Below the pieces are notes generated by a model. The model saw nothing but the letters and a program-made list of their open reading frames with translations. It was not told the DNA's origin and ran no database searches. Both the position numbers and the translations under genes were made by a program. From the NCBI RefSeq assembly GCF_000341395.1, contig NC_020304.1:2310001-2342000 (forward strand): DNA of 32,000 bases, written 5' to 3'. Origin of the DNA: Desulfocapsa sulfexigens DSM 10523. Lineage in GTDB: Bacteria > Desulfobacterota > Desulfobulbia > Desulfobulbales > Desulfocapsaceae. Below are positions 11,722-21,101 of the stretch, one piece after another. Every line of letters begins with the position of its first letter. Within the stretch, counting starts at the first letter, position 1.

Positions 11722-12120
11722 ATGTCTATGAGCGATCCCCTGGCAGATATGCTGACCAGGATTAGAAATGGAGTTAAGGCACGGTTTGATTCAGTCGAAA
11801 TGCCTTCTTCAAAAGCAAAAGTAAATATTGCAAAAGTTCTGCAAGATGAAGGGTATGTGACTGGTTATCAGGTTGATGACTCCGGGGTTCAAGGAACCTT
11901 GACCATCAATTTGAAATACGGTTCTGACCAGACACCAGTGATCACTGGTATTAAACGTGTCAGCAAGCCTGGTTTACGTAAATATGCAAGAGCCGGAGAG
12001 ATACCAACTGTACTCAATGGACTTGGAATTGCCATCCTTTCGAGCTCGAAAGGCGTTATTACTGATAAAACCGCAAGGGCCAGTAATGTAGGCGGTGAGA
12101 TTCTTTGCGAGGTCTGGTAA
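11722..12120 (+). CDS. rpsH: 30S ribosomal protein S8
   Basis: DPLADMLTRIRNGVKARFDSVEMPSSKAKVNIAKVLQDEGY...GLGIAILSSSKGVITDKTAR. Confidence 0.99.
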   Translation: MSMSDPLADMLTRIRNGVKARFDSVEMPSSKAKVNIAKVLQDEGYVTGYQVDDSGVQGTLTINLKYGSDQTPVITGIKRVSKPGLRKYARAGEIPTVLNGLGIAILSSSKGVITDKTARASNVGGEILCEVW

Positions 12121-12144
12121 GGCCAGCAAATAACGGAGGTAATC

Positions 12145-12684
12145 ATGTCTCGTATTGGAAAACAGCCTGTTGTTGTCCCTGCTGATGTCAAAATTGACAT
12201 CAAAGGACAGAAAATAACAGTATCTGGAAAGAACGGAATTCTTGAACGTCAAATATTGCCGGAACTCGAGATCACCATGAAAGATCAGGAGATTATAGTT
12301 GAGAACCGAGATAACAGTAAAAGAACAAATGCCTTTCGTGGAATGACCAGAAGTCTTATTGATAATATGGTCACTGGAGTGAATGAAGGGTTCAAGAAAA
12401 TCCTTATCGTTGAAGGTGTTGGTTATAAGGTCAATATGTCTGGAAAAACCCTGACCTTAAATATTGGGTATTCTAATCCCGTTGAATTTCCTGTTCCAGA
12501 AGGAGTTCAGATCAATGTTGATGGTACCAACAAAATTGTTGTTGAATCCATTGATAAAGAATTGCTTGGTCTTACTTCAGCCAAAATTCGTGGTCTTCGT
12601 AAACCAGAACCCTATAAGGGAAAAGGTATTCGCTACGAAAATGAACATATTATACGAAAGGTTGGTAAGGCTGGAGCGAAGTAA
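12145..12684 (+). CDS. rplF: 50S ribosomal protein L6
   Basis: MSRIGKQPVVVPADVKI...KNAFRGMTR-like core...RKPEPYKGKGIRYENEHIIRKVGKAG. Confidence 0.98.
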   Translation: MSRIGKQPVVVPADVKIDIKGQKITVSGKNGILERQILPELEITMKDQEIIVENRDNSKRTNAFRGMTRSLIDNMVTGVNEGFKKILIVEGVGYKVNMSGKTLTLNIGYSNPVEFPVPEGVQINVDGTNKIVVESIDKELLGLTSAKIRGLRKPEPYKGKGIRYENEHIIRKVGKAGAK

Positions 12685-12732
12685 ACTGGCAGTCATAAAT
12701 TTATGACTACTTCTCAAATAAGGTAAGGAAAA

Positions 12733-13098
12733 ATGGCTAAGACAGATCAAAAAACAAAAGCCAGGGCCAAACGTGTTCGTCGCATTCGAAAGAAAATCAC
12801 TGGAAGCAGTGAGCAACCGCGTCTCAGAGTCTTTAAGAGTAATAAACATATTTATGCTCAGATCATTGATGATTCTGAAGGAAAAACCCTTGTCTCAATG
12901 TCAACTATAGATAAGAATTTTCAAGGATCTGAAGGTGATGATAAAACCGCTAGTGCGAAAAAGGTAGGATTATTACTTGCTGAGGCAGCCAAAAATGCCG
13001 GGGTAAGTAAGGTTGTTTTTGATCGTGGTGGATATATTTATCACGGTCGGGTAAAATCACTTTCTGAAGGGGCCCGCGAAGGTGGGCTTCAATTTTAA
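12733..13098 (+). CDS. rplR: 50S ribosomal protein L18
   Basis: [37 protein letters not shown]...[26 protein letters not shown]. Confidence 0.98.
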   Translation: MAKTDQKTKARAKRVRRIRKKITGSSEQPRLRVFKSNKHIYAQIIDDSEGKTLVSMSTIDKNFQGSEGDDKTASAKKVGLLLAEAAKNAGVSKVVFDRGGYIYHGRVKSLSEGAREGGLQF

Positions 13099-13124
13099 AG
13101 ATATAAATTAAGGGGGGGTTTCCC

Positions 13125-13637
13125 TTGGCAGATTTTAAACATTCAAGGAACGAAAGTTCTGATGAATTTATTGAAAAAATTGTATTCATTAATCGTGTTG
13201 CCAAAGTTGTAAAAGGTGGACGTCGATTTAGTTTTAGTGCCATAGTCGTCGTGGGCGACGGCAAGGGTAAGATTGGATACGGACTTGGGAAAGCTAACCT
13301 CGTTCCAGAGGCTATTCGCAAAGGTGTTGAGAAGGCGAGAAAGGATATGACTTCTGTCTCTCTTACTGATATATCCATCCCTCATCAGGTTGTTGGACGA
13401 TATGGTGCCGGTAAAGTATTACTGAAACCAGCATCAGAAGGTACCGGAGTAATTGCAGGTGGTCCCGTTCGCGCAGTCCTTGAAGCTGTTGGTGTGCATA
13501 ACATATTAACCAAATGTCTCGGATCACATAATCCACACAACATGGTTAAGGCCACTCTGAATGGTTTGAAAAGTCTTCGCACTGCTAAGAAAATTGCAGA
13601 AATGCGTGGAAAAAGTGTAGACGAAATTCAGGCGTAG
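13125..13637 (+). CDS. rpsE: 30S ribosomal protein S5 (TTG start)
   Basis: [53 protein letters not shown]; TTG at 13125 with G-rich SD upstream. Confidence 0.98.
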   Translation: MADFKHSRNESSDEFIEKIVFINRVAKVVKGGRRFSFSAIVVVGDGKGKIGYGLGKANLVPEAIRKGVEKARKDMTSVSLTDISIPHQVVGRYGAGKVLLKPASEGTGVIAGGPVRAVLEAVGVHNILTKCLGSHNPHNMVKATLNGLKSLRTAKKIAEMRGKSVDEIQA

Positions 13638-13650
13638 CGAGTAAACGATA

Positions 13651-13701
13651 AGCATGATTTGAACGGGGGGTGAAATCCTTCCCAATAAATCATGCTTTTT
13701 T
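13651..13701 (+). terminator. Terminator-like hairpin plus T-run inside the spc cluster (rpsE-rpmD gap)
   Basis: Perfect 10-bp stem agcatgattt (13651-13660)/aaatcatgct (13687-13696) closing an inner G-rich/C-rich stem (13665-13670/13678-13683, two GU), followed by uninterrupted T's to 13701. Confidence 0.7.
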
Positions 13702-13730
13702 CTATTTAATATCGAGTAAAAGGTAGTCTA

Positions 13731-13913
13731 ATGTCCGATACAATCACATTCACTTTAGTCAAGAGCGGGATCGGCAGTACTGAAAAGATTCGTGCAACTC
13801 TTACAGGTCTTGGACTGACAAAAATGCAGAAACGTGTAACCCGCAAAAACACCCCTGAAATAAAGGGTATGCTTGCAAAAGTTGCACACCTTGTCCGTGT
13901 CGAGGAGGCGTAA
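13731..13913 (+). CDS. rpmD: 50S ribosomal protein L30
   Basis: 60 aa; ITFTLVKSGIGSTEKIRATLTGLGLTKMQKRVTRKNTPEIKGMLAKVAHLVRV. Confidence 0.96.
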   Translation: MSDTITFTLVKSGIGSTEKIRATLTGLGLTKMQKRVTRKNTPEIKGMLAKVAHLVRVEEA

Positions 13914-13914
13914 A

Positions 13915-14364
13915 ATGATAAATTTAGGAAATCTTTCCCCGAACAAGGGAGCCAACAGGCAGAGAAAACGTCTTGGTCGTGGACCAGGAACAGGCCACGG
14001 AAAAACAGCAGGACGTGGACATAAGGGGTTTAAATCTCGGTCAGGTTCAGGTGTTAAACCAGGCTTTGAGGGCGGGCAGATGCCATTACAGCGTCGGCTC
14101 CCTAAACGTGGTTTTACAAATATCAATACTGTTAAATTTTCAATAATATCTCTAAGTCAACTGGAAAAATTTGATTTTGATGGTGAAATTACTACGGCAA
14201 CACTTGTAGAACATGGTTTTGCTCGCAGTGGACGTCCAGTTAAAATATTAGCGAACGGTGATATAAACAAAGCAATTACCGTCGCAGTTGAAAAGGTTAG
14301 CGGCGGAGCAAAGGCAAAAATTGAAGCAGCCGGCGGCAAAGTTGTGGTAACTGAGATTAAGTAA
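13915..14364 (+). CDS. rplO: 50S ribosomal protein L15
   Basis: LGNLSPNKGANRQRKRLGRGPGTGHGKTAGRGHKGFKSRSG...GFEGGQMPLQRRLPKRGF; track ORF extends upstream to 13873 but the SD gaggag supports ATG 13915. Confidence 0.97.
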   Translation: MINLGNLSPNKGANRQRKRLGRGPGTGHGKTAGRGHKGFKSRSGSGVKPGFEGGQMPLQRRLPKRGFTNINTVKFSIISLSQLEKFDFDGEITTATLVEHGFARSGRPVKILANGDINKAITVAVEKVSGGAKAKIEAAGGKVVVTEIK

Positions 14365-14423
14365 ATAAGCGGAAAATAATTTATTGAAGCTCAGTGTTAC
14401 CAGCTTCTGTATGGAAATATATT

Positions 14424-15719
14424 ATGAGTGGACTGCAGAACGCTACGAAATCTTCTGATTTAAGAAAGCGTATTATTTTTACACTGTTAATGCTGGCAGT
14501 CTACAGGATGGGTGTGCAAGTGCCAACTCCTGGTATTAATGGAGAGGCACTTGCTGCATTTTTTGCCAAAAATGCTGGGACACTTTTTGGAATGTTTAAC
14601 ATGTTTTCCGGTGGTGCATTGGAGAATTTCTCCATCTTTGCACTTGGAATCATGCCGTACATTTCAGCCTCTATTATTATACAGCTACTTACCGTTGTGA
14701 TTCCCCAGCTAGAGACTCTTAAGAAAGAGGGTGCGTCTGGACAGAGAAAAATTACGCAGTATACACGGTATGGTACCGTTGGTCTGAGTATTATACAGGG
14801 TACTTTCATTGCTACTGGATTGCAGAGCATGGTTGGTCCCGGTGGCGAACCCATTGTTTTGAATTCAGGGACTCCTTTTATCCTTATGACCATGCTTACT
14901 CTGACAGCTGGTACATCATTTATTATGTGGCTCGGTGAACAGATGACTGAGCGTGGAATAGGAAACGGGATCTCACTGATTATATTTGCAGGTATTGTTG
15001 CTCGCGGTCCCGCTGCACTTGTGAATTCATTTCAATTAATTAAAGCTGGTGAGATAACGCTCTTTTTTGTCCCTCTGATTATCGCATTTATGGTTGGAGT
15101 AGTTGCTATTATCGTATTCTTTGAAACTGCTCAACGTAGAATCCCAATCCAATACGCAAAGCGGGTAGTTGGAAGAAAGGTTTATGGTGGTCAGAGTTCT
15201 CATTTACCACTTAAAATAAACATATCTGGTGTAATTCCACCAATTTTTGCATCATCAATTATGATGTTTCCTGCTACCATTGGTGGTTTTGTTCAGGTTG
15301 AGTGGGTTCAGAAGGCATCAGCTGCAATGGCTCCTGGAAGTTTCTATTATTACATACTCTATATTGCGATGATAGTTTTCTTTTGCTTTTTTTACACAGC
15401 CGTAACTTTTAAACCAGATGATGTTGCAGAGAACTTGAAAAAGAATGGTGGGTTTGTGCCCGGCATACGTCCTGGCAGAAAAACTGCTGATTTTATTGAT
15501 AAAGTGTTAACACGTTTAACTGTGGTTGGTGCAATTTACCTCAGTGCAGTTTGTGTATTACCTACTATTCTTATTTCGAAATTTAACTTACCGTTTTATT
15601 TTGGTGGTACGGCTCTATTGATCATAGTTGGTGTTGCCATTGATACTGTCTCTCAGGTTCAGTCCCAGATGGTGATGACGAACTACGAAGGCTTTATGAA
15701 ATCCGGTGGTAAAAAATAA
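14424..15719 (+). CDS. secY: Protein translocase subunit SecY
   Basis: Multi-TM protein; MGVQVPTPGING...FALGIMPYISASIIIQLLTVV...GQMTERGIGNGISLIIFAGI-type motifs; likely start ATG 14424 rather than 14394. Confidence 0.98.
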   Translation: MSGLQNATKSSDLRKRIIFTLLMLAVYRMGVQVPTPGINGEALAAFFAKNAGTLFGMFNMFSGGALENFSIFALGIMPYISASIIIQLLTVVIPQLETLKKEGASGQRKITQYTRYGTVGLSIIQGTFIATGLQSMVGPGGEPIVLNSGTPFILMTMLTLTAGTSFIMWLGEQMTERGIGNGISLIIFAGIVARGPAALVNSFQLIKAGEITLFFVPLIIAFMVGVVAIIVFFETAQRRIPIQYAKRVVGRKVYGGQSSHLPLKINISGVIPPIFASSIMMFPATIGGFVQVEWVQKASAAMAPGSFYYYILYIAMIVFFCFFYTAVTFKPDDVAENLKKNGGFVPGIRPGRKTADFIDKVLTRLTVVGAIYLSAVCVLPTILISKFNLPFYFGGTALLIIVGVAIDTVSQVQSQMVMTNYEGFMKSGGKK

Positions 15720-15729
15720 ACGGTAAATT

Positions 15730-16533
15730 GTGAGCAGTAGTTCAAGTGGACAGCAGGCTTCAAAGCCAATTTTGGTTAAAACCCCTGATGAGATTCAACT
15801 CATGCAGGATGCTAACCAGATAGTTGCTGAAGTGCTTTGTTTGATGCAAAAAACAGCATCACCTGGTATTAGCACTTATGAATTAGATAGAATGGCCGAG
15901 GATTTGTGCCGTAAACGTAATTCTATTCCTGCCTTTAAGGGATACCACGGATTTCCAGCTAGTCTATGTGTTTCTATAAATGAAGAAGTTGTTCATGGAA
16001 TTCCATCTCGTAAGCGGAAGTTGAAAAAAGGTGATATTCTGTCAGTTGATTTTGGGGTGCGTTATAAAGGTTTTTTTGGCGATTCAGCTGTAACCATCCC
16101 AATAGGGAAAGTTAAACCTGAAATTAATGAATTGGTTTTTGCTACTCAACAGTCTCTAGAGCTGGCAATTGAGCAAGTTATAATTGGAAACAGGATCTCA
16201 GATATCTCTAAAGCTGTTCAGAGTTATGTTGAATCAAAGGGATACTCTGTTGTTCGCCAGTTTGTAGGGCACGGAATTGGAAGCTCGCTCCATGAGGGGC
16301 CTGAGATTCCTAACTATGTTCAAAGAGGTCAGTCTCCACGACTTGTTGAAGGCATGGTAATTGCCATTGAACCAATGGTTAACCTTGGAACGCACAGAGT
16401 TAAAGTACTTCGGGATGGGTGGACTGTTATTACAGCCGATAAAAAACCATCTGCTCATTTTGAGCATTCTGTAGCTGTTACCGCTGATGGGCCCCTGGTC
16501 CTCAGCAATAGAGACAATTTTTCGGGTCATTAA
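15730..16533 (+). CDS. map: Type I methionine aminopeptidase (GTG start)
   Basis: IQLMQDANQIVAEVLCLM...GYHGFPASLCVSINEEVVHGIPSRKRKLKKGDILSVDFG...GHGIGSSLHEGPEIPNY. Confidence 0.97.
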   Translation: MSSSSSGQQASKPILVKTPDEIQLMQDANQIVAEVLCLMQKTASPGISTYELDRMAEDLCRKRNSIPAFKGYHGFPASLCVSINEEVVHGIPSRKRKLKKGDILSVDFGVRYKGFFGDSAVTIPIGKVKPEINELVFATQQSLELAIEQVIIGNRISDISKAVQSYVESKGYSVVRQFVGHGIGSSLHEGPEIPNYVQRGQSPRLVEGMVIAIEPMVNLGTHRVKVLRDGWTVITADKKPSAHFEHSVAVTADGPLVLSNRDNFSGH

Positions 16534-16614
16534 TAAAAACCTTCTCTTTTGTGGGTGGATAGTTTATTATAGTCCCTTTTTCGATCGGTTTGTGTTCGTT
16601 TTAGGAGTGTATTT

Positions 16615-16851
16615 ATGGCCAAAGAAGAAGCCATTGAAGTAGAAGGTACCATTATAGAACCTCTTCCAAATGCTATGTTTCGCGTGGAATTGGACAATGG
16701 TCACAAAGTTCTTGCTCATATTTCCGGTAAGATGCGGATGCATTTCATTAAGATTTTACCCGGAGATCGTGTTACCATAGAACTTTCCCCTTATGATCTT
16801 ACAAGGGGGAGGGTTACATTTCGGGCAAAGAACAATAAAAAGAAAAAATAA
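16615..16851 (+). CDS. infA: Translation initiation factor IF-1
   Basis: [72 protein letters not shown]; lysine-rich C-terminal tail. Confidence 0.98.
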   Translation: MAKEEAIEVEGTIIEPLPNAMFRVELDNGHKVLAHISGKMRMHFIKILPGDRVTIELSPYDLTRGRVTFRAKNNKKKK

Positions 16852-16863
16852 GAGAGTTGTCAC

Positions 16864-16977
16864 ATGAAAGTCAGGTCCTCTGTAAAAAAAATGTGTAGTG
16901 AGTGTAAAGTATTTAAACGCAAAGGCGTGGTCCGGGTCAGCTGTAAAGTTAAAAAGCATAAACAGCGTCAGGGATAA
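16864..16977 (+). CDS. rpmJ: 50S ribosomal protein L36, zinc-binding type (too short for the ORF track)
   Basis: Hand translation of 16864-16977: [37 protein letters not shown] ; 37 aa with the CxxC...C...H zinc pattern; between infA and rpsM. Confidence 0.97.
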   Translation: MKVRSSVKKMCSECKVFKRKGVVRVSCKVKKHKQRQG

Positions 16978-17038
16978 ACATCTCATATTGAGACAGGCAA
17001 TATAGAAAATTGTCACTTTATTTAAAGGAGTACGTATT

Positions 17039-17401
17039 TTGGCACGTATAGCGGGAGTCGATCTTCCAAAAAACAAACATATGGATCGCGCACTAACATA
17101 TATCCATGGTATTGGCCTTACATCAGCCAGGGTAATACTTGATAAAGCCGATTTACCACACACTATGAATAGTGATGATCTTGGTGGAGAGGATGTTACT
17201 CGTATCCGAAAAATTATAGAATCTGAATTTACTGTCGAAGGTGACAGGCGTCGTCAAGTGTCTATGGATATAAAACGACTTACTGACCTTGGCTGTTATC
17301 GCGGTCGTCGCCATCGGATGGGTCTTCCATGTCGCGGGCAAAAGACTAAAACAAATGCCAGGACAAGAAAAGGGCCACGTCGTGGTGCTGGCCGTAAATA
17401 A
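17039..17401 (+). CDS. rpsM: 30S ribosomal protein S13 (TTG start)
   Basis: [30 protein letters not shown]...[26 protein letters not shown]; aaaggag upstream of TTG. Confidence 0.98.
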   Translation: MARIAGVDLPKNKHMDRALTYIHGIGLTSARVILDKADLPHTMNSDDLGGEDVTRIRKIIESEFTVEGDRRRQVSMDIKRLTDLGCYRGRRHRMGLPCRGQKTKTNARTRKGPRRGAGRK

Positions 17402-17423
17402 TATATTGAAACAGGTGTGAATT

Positions 17424-17819
17424 ATGGCTGCAGCAAAACGTGCAGGAGTAAATAAAAAAAGAGTAAAGAAGAACATTCCTGAAGGAATCGTTTTTATTTA
17501 TTCTACTTTTAACAATACCATTGTTACTATTTCTGACAAACAGGGAAATGTTATTTCCTGGTGTTCATCGGGAGTATTAGGGTTTAAAGGATCTCGTAAA
17601 TCGACTCCATTTGCAGCTCAGAAAGCAATGGCTGAAGCAGCAGAAAAGGCAGCTGAACATGGATTGAGGAAAATAGAAGTCCGTGTAAAGGGACCTGGTC
17701 CTGGCCGAGAGGCAGCCTTGAGGGCATTGATAAATACACGATTTGAAGTAAGTAAGATTGTTGATGTGACTCCCGTCCCTCATAATGGATGCAAGCCGCC
17801 CAAACGTCGTCGTGTCTAA
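17424..17819 (+). CDS. rpsK: 30S ribosomal protein S11
   Basis: [46 protein letters not shown]...[18 protein letters not shown]. Confidence 0.99.
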   Translation: MAAAKRAGVNKKRVKKNIPEGIVFIYSTFNNTIVTISDKQGNVISWCSSGVLGFKGSRKSTPFAAQKAMAEAAEKAAEHGLRKIEVRVKGPGPGREAALRALINTRFEVSKIVDVTPVPHNGCKPPKRRRV

Positions 17820-17846
17820 TAAACTAGTTATAACGAAAGTTTGTTG

Positions 17847-17915
17847 ACCCCAAACGGGGTAGGAGTACCTTGGTACTTGATATTTAAATTATTATTTAAA
17901 GTTTCTCCTTTAAAT
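17847..17915 (+). promoter_or_regulatory. Predicted hairpins in the long rpsK-rpsD gap (candidate cis-regulatory leader)
   Basis: acccc/ggggt (17847-17860), agtac-cttg-gtact (17864-17877), atttaaag/ctttaaat (17894-17915) in a 164-nt non-coding gap. Confidence 0.35.
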
Positions 17916-17983
17916 TACTTGGATATTCAAAAATATTTTAAGGGTTTGAAACAAAAAATATATTATCTTAATCGGAGAAAAAA

Positions 17984-18613
17984 GTGGCTAGATATACAGG
18001 AGCTGCCTGTCGTCGTTGTAGACGTGAAAATATAAAATTATATCTCAAGGGTGATCGCTGTTATTCAGACAAGTGTTCCTTCGAGAGAAGAGCTGTTGCG
18101 CCCGGTCAGCATGGTCAATCCCGCTTTAAGAAGGTTTCAGACTACTGTGTTCAGCTGAGAGAAAAACAGAAAGTAAAAAATATCTATGGCATGCTCGAAG
18201 GCCAGTTTCGCAACTACTTTCATAAGGCGGATCTGCAAAAGGGTATAACCGGTGAAAATCTGCTTGTCATGCTGGAGCGTCGTCTGGATAATACCATTTT
18301 TCGTCTCGGTTTTGCTTCTTCAAGAAAACAGGCCAGACAGCTTGTTCGTCATAATCACGTGTTGGTAAATGATAAAAAGGTTAACATACCTTCATTCCTG
18401 GTTTCCGTTGATGACGTAATAAGTATAAAAGAAAAGAGTAAGACCAATTCGTATCTTGTTGAAAGCATGGAAGCTGTCGCCAGACGTGGGATTCCATCAT
18501 GGCTGGAGCTTGATAAAAACGCATTCAAAGCTACGGTTAAGGCTCTGCCTAATCGCGATGAGATTACCATGCCGATTCAGGAACAGTTGATTGTAGAGTT
18601 GTACTCTAAATAA
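17984..18613 (+). CDS. rpsD: 30S ribosomal protein S4, zinc-binding type (GTG start)
   Basis: [36 protein letters not shown]...RPGQHG-like motif ([13 protein letters not shown])...[42 protein letters not shown]. Confidence 0.98.
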   Translation: MARYTGAACRRCRRENIKLYLKGDRCYSDKCSFERRAVAPGQHGQSRFKKVSDYCVQLREKQKVKNIYGMLEGQFRNYFHKADLQKGITGENLLVMLERRLDNTIFRLGFASSRKQARQLVRHNHVLVNDKKVNIPSFLVSVDDVISIKEKSKTNSYLVESMEAVARRGIPSWLELDKNAFKATVKALPNRDEITMPIQEQLIVELYSK

Positions 18614-18669
18614 TCATTCTAAATACTCTGTTTCGGTAATCATATTGCAAACAAGAAGGTAGGAAACAT

Positions 18670-19719
18670 ATGACTGGAACTTCTGAAGATACACTCCCTA
18701 TTTATCGCAACTGGCATGAACTTATTCACTCAGAGCCAATTGAGGTAGATAAGGCTAAGCATACAAATACCTATGGAAAGTTTGTTTGCCAACCCCTTGA
18801 ACGAGGGTTTGCTACAACGATAGGTAATTCATTAAGGCGCATATTGCTGTCATCCATTCAGGGAGTAGCAATTACAAGTGTAAAAATTGATGGCGCTCTT
18901 CATGAATTTACCTCCATGGAAGACGTAAAAGAAGATGTTAGTGAGATTGTAATAAATCTCAAGCAGGTACGTCTTCAATTAAATTCCGATGAAAGCCAGA
19001 CGGTTGTCATTGAGAAAAAAGGCCCTGGTGAAGTAACTGCTGCTGATATTGTAGGAAACGGGATCGTTGAAGTTATGAATGAGGACCAGGTGATTTGTAC
19101 TCTCACCGGGGACAATGAATTCAGGGCGGAACTGACCGTTGAATGGGGTAAGGGGTATCAACCTGCCGAAAAACAATCTAAGGATGAACTTGCCATTGGT
19201 CAGATTCCTATAGATGCTATTTTTACTCCTATACGTCAGATTCAATATTCTGTGTCAAATGCCCGTGTCGGTCAACAGACTGACTATGATAAACTTACTA
19301 TTGAAGTCGAAACCGATGGCAGTTTGAAACCTGAGAATGCGTTGGCTTTTGCCGCCAAGATTCTTAAAGAGCAACTATCACCATTTATTAATTTTGATGA
19401 GGCTGAGGTTGAGCCTGAAACAAATGAAGAAGATAGTCGTAAGGTTGTGCCATTGAATCCTAATTTAGACAAACCAGTTGAAGATCTTGAACTCTCTGTT
19501 CGCTCAGCTAATTGTCTGAAAAATGCAGATATAAATTTTATTGGTGAACTCACTCAAAAATCCGACCAGGAGATGTTGAAGACCAAAAACTTCGGTCGTA
19601 AATCGTTGAATGAAATAAAGGCACTTCTAACTGAAATGGATTTAACTCTTGGGATGAAAGTTGACAACTGGACCCCACCAGAAGTTACTGAAGACAGTGA
19701 CGATAATACAGAGTTATAG
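18670..19719 (+). CDS. rpoA: DNA-directed RNA polymerase subunit alpha
   Basis: [47 protein letters not shown]; C-terminal [48 protein letters not shown]. Confidence 0.99.
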   Translation: MTGTSEDTLPIYRNWHELIHSEPIEVDKAKHTNTYGKFVCQPLERGFATTIGNSLRRILLSSIQGVAITSVKIDGALHEFTSMEDVKEDVSEIVINLKQVRLQLNSDESQTVVIEKKGPGEVTAADIVGNGIVEVMNEDQVICTLTGDNEFRAELTVEWGKGYQPAEKQSKDELAIGQIPIDAIFTPIRQIQYSVSNARVGQQTDYDKLTIEVETDGSLKPENALAFAAKILKEQLSPFINFDEAEVEPETNEEDSRKVVPLNPNLDKPVEDLELSVRSANCLKNADINFIGELTQKSDQEMLKTKNFGRKSLNEIKALLTEMDLTLGMKVDNWTPPEVTEDSDDNTEL

Positions 19720-19776
19720 AGAAGTTATTAATATTGATCAGGACCTGATTAGAGGGATTGAGCAGAGGATAGAATT

Positions 19777-20163
19777 ATGAGACATAGAAAAACTGGAAGA
19801 AGACTAGGTCGTACTACTTCACACAGATTGGCAATGGTACGAAACATGGTAACTTCTGTTTTTGAACACGAACGTATTGTTACGACTACTCCTAAAGCCA
19901 AAGAAGTTAGAAAGGTCGTAGATAAAATGATTACTTTAGCCAAACGTGGTGATCTTCATGCCAAACGACAGGCTTTTAGTTTTATTCAGTCTCGTGACGT
20001 AGTTGCAAAGTTATTCGATGAAATCGCAGGCCAATATTCTGACAGAAATGGTGGATACACTCGCATCATCCAGACTGGTCACAGACGAGGCGATGCTGCC
20101 CCCATGGCAATACTCGAACTTGTCAATTATTCAGAAGAGATTGGTGAAGAGAACGATAATTAA
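19777..20163 (+). CDS. rplQ: 50S ribosomal protein L17
   Basis: [37 protein letters not shown]; follows rpoA. Confidence 0.99.
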   Translation: MRHRKTGRRLGRTTSHRLAMVRNMVTSVFEHERIVTTTPKAKEVRKVVDKMITLAKRGDLHAKRQAFSFIQSRDVVAKLFDEIAGQYSDRNGGYTRIIQTGHRRGDAAPMAILELVNYSEEIGEENDN

Positions 20164-20190
20164 TCCGTCTCTCTTCTCGTGATTTTTTCC

Positions 20191-20228
20191 AGGCTGATAT
20201 GAATTTTTTCATATCAGCCTTTTTTTTT
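20191..20228 (+). terminator. Rho-independent terminator after rplQ
   Basis: aggctgatatga (20191-20202)/tcatatcagcct (20209-20220) perfect 12-bp stem followed by TTTTTTTT. Confidence 0.93.
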
Positions 20229-20245
20229 ATGCTCATCAAAGTCTC

Positions 20246-21028
20246 ATGAAAAATACTATGAAAGAAATTACCAAAAATTTTCCAGAAGGTATGGAACCAC
20301 TTGGAAAAAAACAATTTAAATTCCGTTGCCATGATGGTGTAGATTGCTATATGATTTGCTGCAGGAATGTGGACATGTTTCTTTATCCCTATGATATCCT
20401 GCGTCTTAAGGAAGCTTTGAATATCACTTCCCAAGAATTTATTGAGCAGTATGTTCGAGTTGTTAAGGGGGTAGCTCACCCGTATTTCCCTTCAGTTATG
20501 CTTCGCTTAACAGATGATGAGAATAAGGCCTGTCCTTTTTTGAGCGAGATTGGGTGCAGTGTATACAATAACAGACCATCGGCCTGCAGAACCTATCCAC
20601 TCGAACGTGGAGTTGATCGTTCACCAGAAAAACGTGTTGCCCATGATTTTTATTTGTTGACCAGTCATGACTATTGTCACGGTCATAAAGAAGAGAACTT
20701 CTTTACTGTGAAGGAATGGATACGCGATCAGAGATTAGAGGATTACAATATGATGAATGATCTCTGGGCCGAAGTTGATACAATTTTTTCAGAAAATCCT
20801 TGGGCCGGTGAGGGGATTGGTGGTCCAAAACAGCAGATTGCATTTACGATATGTTATGATATAGACAATTTCAGGATAATGGCTGCAAAACATAATCTTA
20901 TCGAACGGTTTCTTATTCCTCGTGCTCAAAAACGTAGAATTAATGAGTCTGATACTGAACTTCTCAAATTCGGTTTCGAATGGTTGAAAAATTTTCTAGG
21001 CCAACCATCTTCTCTCATCAGTAAATAA
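20246..21028 (+). CDS. YkgJ-family cysteine-cluster protein (putative metal/Fe-S binding, function unknown)
   Basis: 260 aa; FKFRCHDGVDCYMICCRNVDMFLYPYDILRLKEAL...ACPFLSEIGCSVYNNRPSACRTYPLERG matches the YkgJ/UPF0153-type cysteine pattern; start ATG 20246 or 20258. Confidence 0.85.
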   Translation: MKNTMKEITKNFPEGMEPLGKKQFKFRCHDGVDCYMICCRNVDMFLYPYDILRLKEALNITSQEFIEQYVRVVKGVAHPYFPSVMLRLTDDENKACPFLSEIGCSVYNNRPSACRTYPLERGVDRSPEKRVAHDFYLLTSHDYCHGHKEENFFTVKEWIRDQRLEDYNMMNDLWAEVDTIFSENPWAGEGIGGPKQQIAFTICYDIDNFRIMAAKHNLIERFLIPRAQKRRINESDTELLKFGFEWLKNFLGQPSSLISK

Positions 21029-21071
21029 GATAACCAGTATCAATGTTGAAAATGAGGTTTTTTGATGCAAT

Positions 21072-21101
21072 GTCTCGCAATAACTTGCGAGACTTTTTTT
21101 T
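21072..21101 (+). terminator. Rho-independent terminator after the YkgJ-family gene
   Basis: gtctcgcaa (21072-21080)-taac-ttgcgagac (21085-21093) followed by TTTTTTTT. Confidence 0.92.

Noticed and set aside
13873-13914. N-terminal extension of rplO in the ORF track
   Set aside because: Lies inside rpmD; a good SD and the conserved L15 N-terminus support ATG 13915.
17841-18035. 64-aa + strand ORF in the rpsK-rpsD gap
   Set aside because: Overlaps rpsD out of frame, AT-rich, no SD. The gap is better explained as non-coding or regulatory.
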